Below are positions 19,401 to 29,200 of a stretch of DNA of 64,000 nt, piece after piece (the first letter of the stretch is position 1; every line of letters begins with the position of its first letter). The notes beneath the pieces are model-generated. The model searched no databases. It saw only the letters and a program-made list of their open reading frames with translations, and was not told the DNA's origin. Made by a program: the position numbers and the translations under genes. This DNA comes from Longimicrobiales bacterium (GTDB lineage: Bacteria; Gemmatimonadota; Gemmatimonadetes; Longimicrobiales; Gaopeijiaceae): positions 94 through 64,093 of the forward strand of contig CBDBCH010000002.1 of the NCBI GenBank assembly GCA_965203235.1, in the 5' to 3' direction.

Positions 19401-19936
19401 TGCCTCGCGTTCAACTCCCGAACGGGAACTGGGTGGATTTGTACCCCGACCAGCAATGGCGAGCCGACAACACGAAGCTGCTCCGAAACTGGAAAAAGCG
19501 ATTCAACGAAGCCAACCCGGAGCTTGCCCGCACCACGAAGCAAATCATGTCCCTTCCAGCGGGGTGGAAGGAAGCCGACAGGCGAGCCGCTACTCGAACA
19601 GCCGAACCCAACGGAGACAGTGCGCCGGATAGGCCTCATTTTCCCGGCAGGACGCCGCCGACCGGAACCGGCGGCACTCCGTCCGGTTCCGCCAATCCCA
19701 CCGGTCCGCCATTGCCTCTTGCTCCCGGAACAGGTAGGAGGCGCCGCCGTTGTAGGCCGCTGCCGCCCAAGCCCACCGGGTGCGACGGTCCGGGGCGCCA
19801 GGGAACGCGCGCAGATTCTCGAGAGTCAGGGCGCACTGGACGCGGAACGCCACCACAGGAGAGTCGGGGCCGCCCGCCGCGCCCGCAAGACGCGCCCGGT
19901 AGACGCGACGCACCGCGCGCATCGTTCCGGGCATGA
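19400..19936 (+). CDS. Hypothetical protein, 3' end uncertain
   Basis: The ATG at 19400 overlaps the upstream TGA. The first ~70 codons look coding. No in-frame stop occurs until 19936, so the ORF overlaps the convergent SLT gene by ~350 nt with a Pro/Gly/Arg-rich tail. Confidence 0.35.
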   Translation: MPRVQLPNGNWVDLYPDQQWRADNTKLLRNWKKRFNEANPELARTTKQIMSLPAGWKEADRRAATRTAEPNGDSAPDRPHFPGRTPPTGTGGTPSGSANPTGPPLPLAPGTGRRRRRCRPLPPKPTGCDGPGRQGTRADSRESGRTGRGTPPQESRGRPPRPQDAPGRRDAPRASFRA

Positions 19937-20156
19937 CCTGCGCCAGACCGATGGCGCCAGCCGGGGATACGGCATCCGGGCGCCAGCGCGATTCCTGGGT
20001 GACCTGACCGAGCATCCAGGGTTCGTAGACCTGCCGGAGTCCGCACCGGCGCCACTCCATGTCCCACGTGTCTCTGTATGGCGCCGCTTCCGGCGGCCAG
20101 GCGTAGCCGATGGTCGCCATCAGGAGCGTCGCCGCGACCGCTCCGAGCCACCTCAC
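19590..20156 (-). CDS. Lytic transglycosylase (SLT domain), probable endolysin
   Basis: Mirror of 12649..13215 (x+y=32805). SLT signature QESRW...AGAIGLAQVMP and AYNGG. Confidence 0.85.
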   Translation of the reverse strand: MRWLGAVAATLLMATIGYAWPPEAAPYRDTWDMEWRRCGLRQVYEPWMLGQVTQESRWRPDAVSPAGAIGLAQVMPGTMRAVRRVYRARLAGAAGGPDSPVVAFRVQCALTLENLRAFPGAPDRRTRWAWAAAAYNGGASYLFREQEAMADRWDWRNRTECRRFRSAASCRENEAYPAHCLRWVRLFE

Positions 20157-20176
20157 GGGCAGCCCACCCCCTCGCT

Positions 20177-20368
20177 TCAATTCGGGGTGAAGGCGGCGCC
20201 GACCTCGACCTTTTCCCCCGAATCCCGCTGGGTCGCGGGGACGTAGCGCAGCCGCCGCTCCTCCGCCGCCCGCTGGCGCCTGCGCCCGATCTCCCGCCCG
20301 CACCGGAGGCAGTACGGGGCGCCGTTCAGCGTCTCGTTGGCGCAGTTCAGGCAGACTTTTCGCCGCAC
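20177..20368 (-). CDS. Small zinc-ribbon protein (63 aa)
   Basis: Mirror of 12437..12628. CLNC...CLRC. Confidence 0.5.
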   Translation of the reverse strand: MRRKVCLNCANETLNGAPYCLRCGREIGRRRQRAAEERRLRYVPATQRDSGEKVEVGAAFTPN

Positions 20369-20661
20369 TTCCCCTCCTCCCGGATACTACTCATCGTCTG
20401 GCGAACTTCGGCGTCCTCCCGGTCCCATCCCTCGGTGAGCCCCCGAATGAACTCTTGCGCTTCCTCCAGCGTATCGAATCCGTCCTTCCAGCCCATGCCA
20501 ACCCAGGGATTCCAGTTCCACTTTTTCTCTGTTGGGTCGCCCTCCATTGGCGAGAGCCACTGGAGATAGCCCCGCATCCGGGCGGCGTAGTAGACCTCGT
20601 AGCTGGCGACCTTGTACCGCCGGTCAATCGGGCGAATCGGAACGAACAGGACTTTCGCCAT
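20347..20661 (-). CDS. Hypothetical protein (104 aa)
   Basis: Mirror of 12144..12458. Confidence 0.5.
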   Translation of the reverse strand: MAKVLFVPIRPIDRRYKVASYEVYYAARMRGYLQWLSPMEGDPTEKKWNWNPWVGMGWKDGFDTLEEAQEFIRGLTEGWDREDAEVRQTMSSIREEGKCGEKSA

Positions 20662-20957
20662 CAGTGCCTCGCCATGCTCAGGATGATGACGCACCACAGC
20701 GCGGTCAAGCAAACCACTCCGGCGATACGCTCTTTCTCGGTCTTGGGGGTGATCCAATCGAGCGGCAGGAAGTAGGCGGTACACGCCGCCAGCAGAATCC
20801 CGGCGAGACTGGTGGACCACTGGTACATGACATCTCTCGGTATCGCCCGGTAGGCCTCGCCGGTCACCGGGTCGGTGCCGAAGGACAGGAGCCAAGTGGA
20901 GCCGACGAAGCCCGCGACGGTCACGGCGAAGCCCGCCGCCAGTAGTGATCGCTTCAT
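20661..20957 (-). CDS. Multi-pass membrane protein (98 aa), holin-like candidate
   Basis: Mirror of 11848..12144. Confidence 0.5.
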   Translation of the reverse strand: MKRSLLAAGFAVTVAGFVGSTWLLSFGTDPVTGEAYRAIPRDVMYQWSTSLAGILLAACTAYFLPLDWITPKTEKERIAGVVCLTALWCVIILSMARH

Positions 20958-21085
20958 TTCCGCTTTCGCTTCCCGCGCCCCATGTGGAACATGGTGTATT
21001 CCGATACGAACATCAGCACCGCAGCCGACAGGGTGATAGTCGCAACGAAGGCGACGAATATCCAAATGGCTTCCGTCTCGGTCAT
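20954..21085 (-). CDS. Small membrane protein (43 aa)
   Basis: Mirror of 11720..11851. Confidence 0.5.
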   Translation of the reverse strand: MTETEAIWIFVAFVATITLSAAVLMFVSEYTMFHMGRGKRKRK

Positions 21086-21393
21086 CTTTTCGCCTTTGGC
21101 GGAACCAGCGCAATCACCGGGTGAAGCGCGTCGAACTCCCTCGCGGAAAACACCATGACCCGGTCCCCCAAGACTCCCCCCCCGGTCAACGACTGAACCT
21201 CGACCCGGCCAGCGTTGTAGGCTTTCAAGCTCATCGAGCGAATCACCGACTTCTTCATCAGAGCCGGTCCGCCCGAAGAATCCCGAATCTCGTGCAGAAT
21301 CGTCCCCACCTGATACCGGGGTTCGTTCAGAATCCGCTCGGTGCTGCGCCAAGCCCGGAGACCGGAAAAGATGTTCGTCAGAATCGAGAGCAT
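21082..21393 (-). CDS. Hypothetical protein (103 aa)
   Basis: Mirror of 11412..11723. Confidence 0.5.
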   Translation of the reverse strand: MLSILTNIFSGLRAWRSTERILNEPRYQVGTILHEIRDSSGGPALMKKSVIRSMSLKAYNAGRVEVQSLTGGGVLGDRVMVFSAREFDALHPVIALVPPKAKR

Positions 21394-21397
21394 GGGT

Positions 21398-21634
21398 CTA
21401 CTCTAGCTCAGCGCGGATACGCCGCTTGGCCTCCGCGAAGGAAGGGTAGGTGCCGAACTCGGTCCCGGAGCGCGACATCCAAAGCCAACTCTTGTTCAAG
21501 ACCTGCATGAGTATTCCCCAATCCTCGGTCAGTTCTCCCGGACCATCCGCCCGCTTGACGTCGTATCCGGGGTGCCCCGCCTCCCCATGAAGTTTCCGCG
21601 ACAGGAACCTGACCTTGTTCGGCTTGTCGCTCAT
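21398..21634 (-). CDS. Hypothetical protein (78 aa)
   Basis: Mirror of 11171..11407. Confidence 0.5.
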   Translation of the reverse strand: MSDKPNKVRFLSRKLHGEAGHPGYDVKRADGPGELTEDWGILMQVLNKSWLWMSRSGTEFGTYPSFAEAKRRIRAELE

Positions 21635-22308
21635 GACGCCAAGAGTACCACAGCGACCGCGAGGGCGATAGCCCCGGCAGTGGCGATACGCCGCCGGTTC
21701 GTGCCCCGCCACTCCTCGACCCGCGCCTCTGCGGTTTCCGCCCGCTTTTCCGCGTACTCCCGCGCCGCCCGTTCTTCGGAGTAGGCGTACTGCAGGTCAG
21801 CGATAGCCGCCTCCAACTGCGCCGCCCTAACCGTCTGCAGGTCAAGCTCATGCTCCAGGGACTCAGCGAAAAGCGACATCTGCCGGAACCCCAAGTTCGC
21901 CACCTTTGCGACCTCGTAAGTGGACGCGCCCTCCGGCAACTCGGAGATTTCCCGCTTGACCTCCTCTACCGCCTCCCGGCGACGGTCAGTAACCTGTTCC
22001 CGGTATCTCCGAAGCTGGTCCTCCAGCCCGGTAGCCTTCAACCGGTGCTCGTAGGCTTCCTGCGCCGCCTCCGAAGCCGCTTCCTGCGCTTCCTTTCCCG
22101 CTTTTTCAAGCTCCACGATCCGCTCCTCATACGCGGCTTGCGTCGCCTCCAGCACTTCCGGGGGATCATAGCAAGACCGGATAGTCAGTCCCCCAAGTAT
22201 AGCCCCGACCAGCAAGCCCCCGAAGAGCACCGGCGGAATAACTTGCCACGGAACCCGCGCCCCTTCCCGTATCTCGTGGCGGATGATTTGCGGGGCAACG
22301 GCGTTCAC
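21631..22308 (-). CDS. Membrane-anchored coiled-coil protein (225 aa)
   Basis: Mirror of 10497..11174. Two terminal TM helices flank a coiled coil. Confidence 0.6.
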   Translation of the reverse strand: MNAVAPQIIRHEIREGARVPWQVIPPVLFGGLLVGAILGGLTIRSCYDPPEVLEATQAAYEERIVELEKAGKEAQEAASEAAQEAYEHRLKATGLEDQLRRYREQVTDRRREAVEEVKREISELPEGASTYEVAKVANLGFRQMSLFAESLEHELDLQTVRAAQLEAAIADLQYAYSEERAAREYAEKRAETAEARVEEWRGTNRRRIATAGAIALAVAVVLLAS

Positions 22309-22472
22309 TTTTTCCCCGCAGGTCCCCGCTCCACCTTCCAGAGGGGTTCGCTTGCCGCCCGCCGGATACGCCTGTCGGTGCGGTCAATCCGCGCCTCCAC
22401 CGCATAGAGGACGAAGCCCACGAAGGCCATGAGCATCCCCAGGTAAATCAGAATGAAAAGCTCCTCGCTCAT
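22305..22472 (-). CDS. Small membrane protein (55 aa)
   Basis: Mirror of 10333..10500. Confidence 0.55.
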   Translation of the reverse strand: MSEELFILIYLGMLMAFVGFVLYAVEARIDRTDRRIRRAASEPLWKVERGPAGKK

Positions 22473-22708
22473 CACTTGCCCCCTCCATTGATCCGCGCCC
22501 GAAGGTGCGTCAAATCCTCTTGCTGGCGGTTATGCGCCTCAGAGACAGAACGTTCCATGTCCCGAATCGCTTGAACGACATCCCGAAAGCCCTGCTCCAT
22601 TCGCTTGCCCTGATCCTCCACCATTTTCTTGACCTCAGCCATCATGTACCAGACGGAGGCGCCGAGAGAGACGAACAGGACGGCGATCTCGACAATCAAG
22701 TCGGTCAT
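22472..22708 (-). CDS. Small membrane protein (78 aa), N-terminal TM helix plus charged tail, holin-like candidate
   Basis: MTDLIVEIAVLFVSLGASVWYMMAEVKK... The ATG overlaps the upstream stop (ATGA). ORF-track 22472..22858 is trimmed to this start. Confidence 0.55.
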   Translation of the reverse strand: MTDLIVEIAVLFVSLGASVWYMMAEVKKMVEDQGKRMEQGFRDVVQAIRDMERSVSEAHNRQQEDLTHLRARINGGGK

Positions 22709-23670
22709 CGTTGTACCCCATAGGTGTAGGACAGTCGAGGGTGAGCCTTCAACAGGGGCTTCAACGCGACTATGTTGAAGGGATTGGAAATGCGCCCAAG
22801 GTGGGTATCCTCGATAGCCTTGCGACTCTCCTCGAGCTTCGCTTCCTGAGCCTTCCACTGAACATACGCCCGGTCCGACTTGAAGAAGTCAGCGACATGC
22901 CAATCCTCCCCGAAGGTCCCGGCAAGGTATTTCTTCGCCGCTTTCTCCACCTGTGCGAAGGTGCTAGCCCGTGCGAAGTCGGCTTCCAGAGCCATCCCCA
23001 CTTCGATTAGCGCGAGCGTTGCCCGGTCCTTGTTCGCATTCGCCGCCGCCGCCTTTCCGGTCATGTAGCTCGCCATTGCGGAAAGCTCTTGCTCCCGGTT
23101 CGCCCCCTTGATGATCCGCTCGGCCGCCGGACGCCAATGGTCGTAGACCTCCTTCATACCGCTCCAATGCGAGTAGACCGCAAACACCCGTTCGGTGAGT
23201 CCCCGCATAACTCCGTTCTTGACATGCGCAGCCATCTTCAAGTCAGCGTCAGCCGGGAGCGAGAATGTTGGCGTGATCGCAGAGTACGAGTTCGGATACC
23301 TGAACTGAATGTCGTATTGCCCGTGTTCGATTTCAACTGGCTTGAACTGCGGATTGGCAGCCGTCAACCCCCAGTTCACAGCCCTTTCCAGCCAACGCTT
23401 TTTCCCCGAAGGAATAGGGACATAGCCATAAGGCGAGTAGCTAGCAGGGAAATGGTGGTCGTAGCTCTCATCGTCGAAGTCGGGGTGCTCCATACGCAGA
23501 CCGATACCTTCCGAAGCCGCCTCCCGCGCCTCCGCGATAGTCCCGATACAAACTCCAACCCATCCAGTAGGGGTAATCTGGTCGCGCCCGAAGAAAGTCG
23601 GGAATTCTCTCGGTCGTGGCGTGTCGGGGTCCCGGAAAATGTAGAGCAACGTGTCGGTGGCAGATGCCAT
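22705..23670 (-). CDS. Hypothetical protein (321 aa) between the tail and lysis genes
   Basis: Intact ORF, 1 nt downstream of the 871-aa gene. No motif recognised. Confidence 0.6.
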   Translation of the reverse strand: MASATDTLLYIFRDPDTPRPREFPTFFGRDQITPTGWVGVCIGTIAEAREAASEGIGLRMEHPDFDDESYDHHFPASYSPYGYVPIPSGKKRWLERAVNWGLTAANPQFKPVEIEHGQYDIQFRYPNSYSAITPTFSLPADADLKMAAHVKNGVMRGLTERVFAVYSHWSGMKEVYDHWRPAAERIIKGANREQELSAMASYMTGKAAAANANKDRATLALIEVGMALEADFARASTFAQVEKAAKKYLAGTFGEDWHVADFFKSDRAYVQWKAQEAKLEESRKAIEDTHLGRISNPFNIVALKPLLKAHPRLSYTYGVQR

Positions 23671-23671
23671 A

Positions 23672-26287
23672 TCAGATAAACCTCACTTGACCCGCAAGAA
23701 TGTTGTGGTCGACGTTGAAGCAGGCGATGCCAACGCCAGTTGCGTAGACACCATCTTCAACCATAGAAAGAATCATAACAGGATCGCTCGACACGCCCGC
23801 TATGAACGCGCGACTCGGTCCCGCCATAGGTTCGCGAAGGTTGTCCGCAAGCCCCAGGAAAAGTAGCACAGCCATCTTCGCGGTCGTGCTGGTAGGCAGG
23901 GTGAAGCTCCCCGCCCCGAACAGGTCTCCAATATCGATGTCCGCACGAGTCAGCCGGATAATCCGCTCGCCCGCGCCTTGCGTCTCGCCTTGATCCGAAT
24001 CCGGGTTCACGCGCATCGCAATCTCATCGATCCGGGCGATTTCTATCGCTCTCCCGAAGGAGATGTTAGTCATCGTCGTCCCGGCGATGTTGTTCGTCTT
24101 GGCGGTCTTGATGACACGCTGCGAACTCCCGATGAATGGGTGCGTCTCGTCTGCGATGTTGGGGAGATTGAGATACTCCAGCTTCGCCTTGAGAGTGTCC
24201 CCACTTCCGAAGTTCACGGCACCGCTTGGGTCGCCAGTGGCATCCACAGCGACCATGCGCAGCTTCAACTTGTCATCGAAGCGGAACGAATCCTTATGGA
24301 ACTCGTAGGTATGGCTCGCGCCGCTGGTGAACTCGATAGGGCCATCACTGGTGCGCGACAGCACCCAATCGAATCGCGTGGGCGTCCCGGTGGTCAGGTA
24401 CTGAATCCGCATCTTTGTGCCGGAAGTGCCACTGATCTGCGGCGTGTTCATAGTCAACCGAAGAACATTCGCTTCCTCCGGCCAGGGCAGATAAATCGTT
24501 CCGGGGTAAGGACTAAGAGGATCAATCCCGATTCCCGAAAGGTCTTCCGTCCACTCAAGCGGCGTCCTCACATGGTCGGGGTTGCTGTCAGGGTGCGAAT
24601 CAGAAGCCTTCGGGATGCCAAGCACCACCGCGCTGCCTCTGCTCGGACGGGGAGCCGTCCCCGCATTGATCGTCAGGTCAACGTACCTGTACGCCGAGTT
24701 CGCTGTATCGGTACTCACAGCCCCCATCGAATCCACATTCAGGCTATGAATCGCGCCCATAGGCCCAACAGTCTTTAGAGTCGGGAGGATGGAAAGGTCG
24801 CCTCTCCCGACATACGCCACATGGTGGTCTTTCAGAGCTTGGATAGCTGTTGGACTGCCGTAGATGCGGTACTGCTTGGCCGCGCTAGCCCCGCCTGACG
24901 TGTTCTCCGCCACGAAGTTGCCGTCAACGACATCCATCGCGCTTCCGGTCGGGAAGTACCGGACAGTGATTCGTTGTCCTACGCGAGGAATCTCAAGATC
25001 GCCAGCAGCAGCCGTCTCCATGCGCCGGGAGTTCATGTTGAAGATGACACGGGAGAGCGTCCCGAACTCCATCACCAACAGTCCGTCCTTCACTGTCTCG
25101 GTGGTAATCCCGTAGTTTTGGAGCGTAAAATCGACCAACTCATCGGCGGTCTGTGATCTGCGACCCAAGTCCTCCTCACCCGGACTTTCATCCGCGCCGA
25201 AGATGCGAGTGTCTCCACGCACCAATCGGAGTGGATAGTGTTGGTTCTCCAGATCGATGATCGCGCTGGTCATACCCGTGACAGACACGCGGGGATGATG
25301 CCGGAATGTGTGAATCGTCCGCTCGTCGGCGAGACTGTAGGCAGTCTCAAGCACCTTGTTGGTGCCCTGCAAAGATTCAATCTCAACGCGCTGTGCGATG
25401 TGCCCCGTCAGTGCCTGCAATCCATAGAGATCGAAAGACCGCTCTTCATCAAACGTGGCGGTATAGAGCGGGCGGTGACGAGACTGGAAGAACTGGATGC
25501 CGTTCTTCGTGACACCAGTAGCACTGAACCCCAAGGGGTCTCGGTTCGTTTCCGAACTCGAAATCTCATACTCGTCAAACTGGAAGTCTCCCCATGAGGC
25601 GACAGTGCTGTTGTTGACAGTTCGCGTCAGGGCGTACTCGGTGTCTCCTATCTTCACCCGAATCAAGGTATTGACGAAGCTCTTGAACCTGAACTTACTG
25701 ACGGGCGTAGCAGCCGAAGTGGAGTACATAGCCACCAAAAGGTGGTTCGGAACGTCAGAAAGTTCTCCGCCATCCACCCTCGCAAGGTCTCCGCCCTGCG
25801 GCAATGTCTGCGTAGCGGTGGAAGGCGCGATAGACCATCCGTAAACATTCGGAGTAGTTGCAACGATCCCCGAAGTGACAGTCAGTTCGACCTCGTGGAT
25901 GTGCCTTTGCTGCGTTTGGATGTTCTGCATGGCAACCCTGTCCGCGTTGCCATTCGGCACGAACGAGGGCAGCGTGTCTTCCCAACCGACCCACTGGCTC
26001 CAAATCCCGGAGCGTCTCACGCGGCTCTTGCCGCGATCACCCTGTTGGGCGTGTTGCTCAATGTCAGGCGGGCTTCCGCCAGCGAGCACCGCCACCCGCA
26101 TAGACCACTTGGTGCCGTCGAACGGCCTGTGGTCCATCTCTCCGGTCGGGTAGTAGGTGCCCGGCTCAACGACGAGGTTCCAATCGCCAAGCCCAACATC
26201 CACGCCGATAGGACTGGTGGACGTGCCGGGAACGATAGCCGTACCCCCGTGGAGAACTGTGATCCCCTTCTCGATTCGGAAGCTCAT
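23672..26287 (-). CDS. Large tail/baseplate-associated protein (871 aa)
   Basis: Intact ORF. The ATG overlaps the stop of the upstream fibre gene (26287). Position is within the tail module. No catalytic motif recognised. Confidence 0.6.
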   Translation of the reverse strand: MSFRIEKGITVLHGGTAIVPGTSTSPIGVDVGLGDWNLVVEPGTYYPTGEMDHRPFDGTKWSMRVAVLAGGSPPDIEQHAQQGDRGKSRVRRSGIWSQWVGWEDTLPSFVPNGNADRVAMQNIQTQQRHIHEVELTVTSGIVATTPNVYGWSIAPSTATQTLPQGGDLARVDGGELSDVPNHLLVAMYSTSAATPVSKFRFKSFVNTLIRVKIGDTEYALTRTVNNSTVASWGDFQFDEYEISSSETNRDPLGFSATGVTKNGIQFFQSRHRPLYTATFDEERSFDLYGLQALTGHIAQRVEIESLQGTNKVLETAYSLADERTIHTFRHHPRVSVTGMTSAIIDLENQHYPLRLVRGDTRIFGADESPGEEDLGRRSQTADELVDFTLQNYGITTETVKDGLLVMEFGTLSRVIFNMNSRRMETAAAGDLEIPRVGQRITVRYFPTGSAMDVVDGNFVAENTSGGASAAKQYRIYGSPTAIQALKDHHVAYVGRGDLSILPTLKTVGPMGAIHSLNVDSMGAVSTDTANSAYRYVDLTINAGTAPRPSRGSAVVLGIPKASDSHPDSNPDHVRTPLEWTEDLSGIGIDPLSPYPGTIYLPWPEEANVLRLTMNTPQISGTSGTKMRIQYLTTGTPTRFDWVLSRTSDGPIEFTSGASHTYEFHKDSFRFDDKLKLRMVAVDATGDPSGAVNFGSGDTLKAKLEYLNLPNIADETHPFIGSSQRVIKTAKTNNIAGTTMTNISFGRAIEIARIDEIAMRVNPDSDQGETQGAGERIIRLTRADIDIGDLFGAGSFTLPTSTTAKMAVLLFLGLADNLREPMAGPSRAFIAGVSSDPVMILSMVEDGVYATGVGIACFNVDHNILAGQVRFI

Positions 26288-29200
26288 TACGCCCTCGTAA
26301 TCCCCAACCGGAGTCCCTGCGTCACAGAGCTACGCCACGTGTACTCGCTCTTGTACCACTCGTACTGGACGCCCCCGATGGTCAATGTAGTTGTTCCTTT
26401 TGTCCATCCGGTGCTTGTGCCGCCGTCCAAAGTCCATCCAATGATGTCGCCGTCGGTGACGCGCTGGATGACGTAAAAATGTCGGTCGGCACCGCTCCAG
26501 GTGCGATTGACGACAACTTCCTGATTACCCGATGTACTGACGCGAGTGCTTTGCAGAGTAGAAAGGTCCAGGCTGCTAGTTGGATCAGCCGCCAGACCAC
26601 CAAAAAAGAAGTCATGCGCCCCGGAGCGGGTGCCTTGTGCATGGTCAATCGCCTCCTTGACGCGAAGTGCAGTCATGTAGTCTACATTATCAGTTCCGGC
26701 CACGGCTTCCGCCTCCGAAGCGATGTCGGGGATGGGGATGTCAAGCACCCGGTTCGGAAAGTTCCGGTTGTGGCGAATCAGCGTGATCTGCTTGCCGGAT
26801 ATGGTCGCTTCCCGGAAGGTGAAAGCGAAGCCGGTGCTGTTGATAGACCACTGCGCCCCGTCCCAAACAAGCAACCCGATGTCGCCATCTACCAGAGCCT
26901 GCGCCAGTTGCGGTCCGGTAGTCTGCTGCGCATTGACCTGCATGCCCACGCTGTGTGAGGACGTGTTCGCCAACAGAGCCACTTCCACGCGGGAAGAGTG
27001 CCCGGTCAGGGCGGGCAGAGTGATAGTCCCGGTTGCGCTCCCGATGTACCAGAGACTCTTGCGGTGAAGCTCTTGCGCCTCGGAAGCGGTGAAGGTACGC
27101 GAAGCGGAGATGAAAACATGGTCGCTCTCATCGAGCTTGTCCTTCACCGCCTGCGCCAACTTCGCCTCGGTGATAACCCCGTCCCCGAAGCGGGTGATAG
27201 GGATAGTCCCCGTCTGCCCGACTTCGGCATACTGCTCCACCAGTGCCCGGACTTCCGATTCAATCAGGCCTGTGGTCTGCCCGGAGCGCGCCGGAACGGT
27301 GACAGTCTGCGTCGTCCCGTCTTGCCGGGTGAAGGTGATGATCCGGTTCGTAATCGAGGCACTGATGATCGGGTTCCGCGACTCCAGCGTGACCACCGCA
27401 TCGTTGATTTCCTTCAACGTGTCCCGACTCGCCGGTGCCCCACCCCGAACAGTCGTCAGCGCAGTGGCGACAGCCGTGTTGACTTCGGAGTCACGAGCAA
27501 TGCTCGCCGCAATCTTCGCATCTGGAACCAGGGAACTCGATCCTTCCCTCGCCCATGCAGCGACAGTCTCCCAATCGCCCTGGAACTCCCACACGCTTCC
27601 CGTCCACCGACCGAACATCGTCTGGCCGCTCGTCGTGCTTGTAAGTTCCCTCGAACGCAAGTTGCTCGCGCTCGTCGTCAACAATACGTTGGAGTTGTTG
27701 GGCGAAGCGTTTATCACTATCAGAGCACCAACGCCAGACCGGAGTGAGACTCGAATATCCGAAGTCGCCGTACATATCAGTATCCTCCCCGAAAGACGGG
27801 CGGTGTCTTCATTGGTAAGCGACACGTAGTCGCTGTCAATGTGGGTGATGCCGCCAAGCTGTCGCGGCTCCCACTTGCGAGTGCTGTCATCCCAATTGAT
27901 GGCTGCGCTGTCGCCCTGCTTGTTCAGGGCAATCGGGCCATCGATCCGGGAAGTGGGCGTGGCGGTGATACGCACAGCACCGGAACCCATGTTGAACACC
28001 AAGGTGCCCAAGTCGGTACTGCCGGTCGGCTCGGACAGCGTGATCGTGATGTCACTGTCGCTGTGCGTCAGTATGATCTTGCGGTGAAGCTGTGTCGATT
28101 CAGCGACAGTGAAAGTCCTGTCGCCAGTCACCACGATGATCTCATTCTGCGGCGCGGTGCCGCTGCCACCGGTGGTGGAACTGATCGTCAATTCATCGCC
28201 CTGCCGCACCACCTGTACGTTGGTGCCGGGCTTGATGAAGTCGGTGACGACGCTCCTGACGCCCACCGCATCCTGCCAACCAGTGGTGATAGTCGTAGTC
28301 TGACCCTGCTGGTTAGACGTGATGATGTCGTTGCCGGAAACAGCGACTGCCGTGACCGGGTTCCTGTTCTCGACTGCCAACAAAGCGGTGGCAATCTTCT
28401 CCAGCGTGTTGCGGTTCGCCGGAGGATTCCCCAAGATAGTGGAAAGGGTCGTAGCGTGACGCGCTTCCGCCCATCGTCTACCGATCAGCGTGGAGGCGTA
28501 GTGGAGATTTATCGGGTCGTTGGTGTCAGGGATATTGATATTCAGCGTCAGGTCGCTGTAGTTGACCCCGAACCGCGCCACCGCCAATGTGGAGACAGAC
28601 TTGTTGACGAAGATGTGAGTCGCATTCGCCAACTCGGTGTGCTCCGCATTGCTTGTCCGAATCCGAATCGAACTGCCGGACACCCTGTAGAACTCGCTCG
28701 CGTTCGGCGTCTGGGAAGTGGTGCGCGAGTAGGCACCAAGACTCTCCCCGATCATCTGCTCGCCGAACTCAAGCGGCAAGCGCGTCAGAGTCAGCGTATT
28801 CGCGGTGTCATCGTGAACGACGGAAATCCCGACGCCACGGATGAAGCCCGCAATGGTGTCACGCACCTGCTCCTGCGTCAGGCCGCCACCGCTGCCGCCA
28901 GTAGAGGCGATGGTCAGCGTGTCACCCACGCGGGTCAGCGTCACATTGCTGCCCGCCGCCAGGAAGGTTTCGACTGTGTTCCTTACGCCCGCAGCGTCCT
29001 GTAGCCCGGTGATCGACGGGATCGCACTGGTGCGAGCGATATTGCTTGAGAGCTTGGTGTCGGGGACATCGCTTGTATCCCCTGTTTCCGCCCAATCCGC
29101 GACGCCCGCCCTGACCCGCGCATCTACGGCAGCCTGGTCCAGCCCCGAAGTGCCGCCACCCCCGCCAGCGGGCAGGGTGACATTTTGTGTCGTGGCATCC

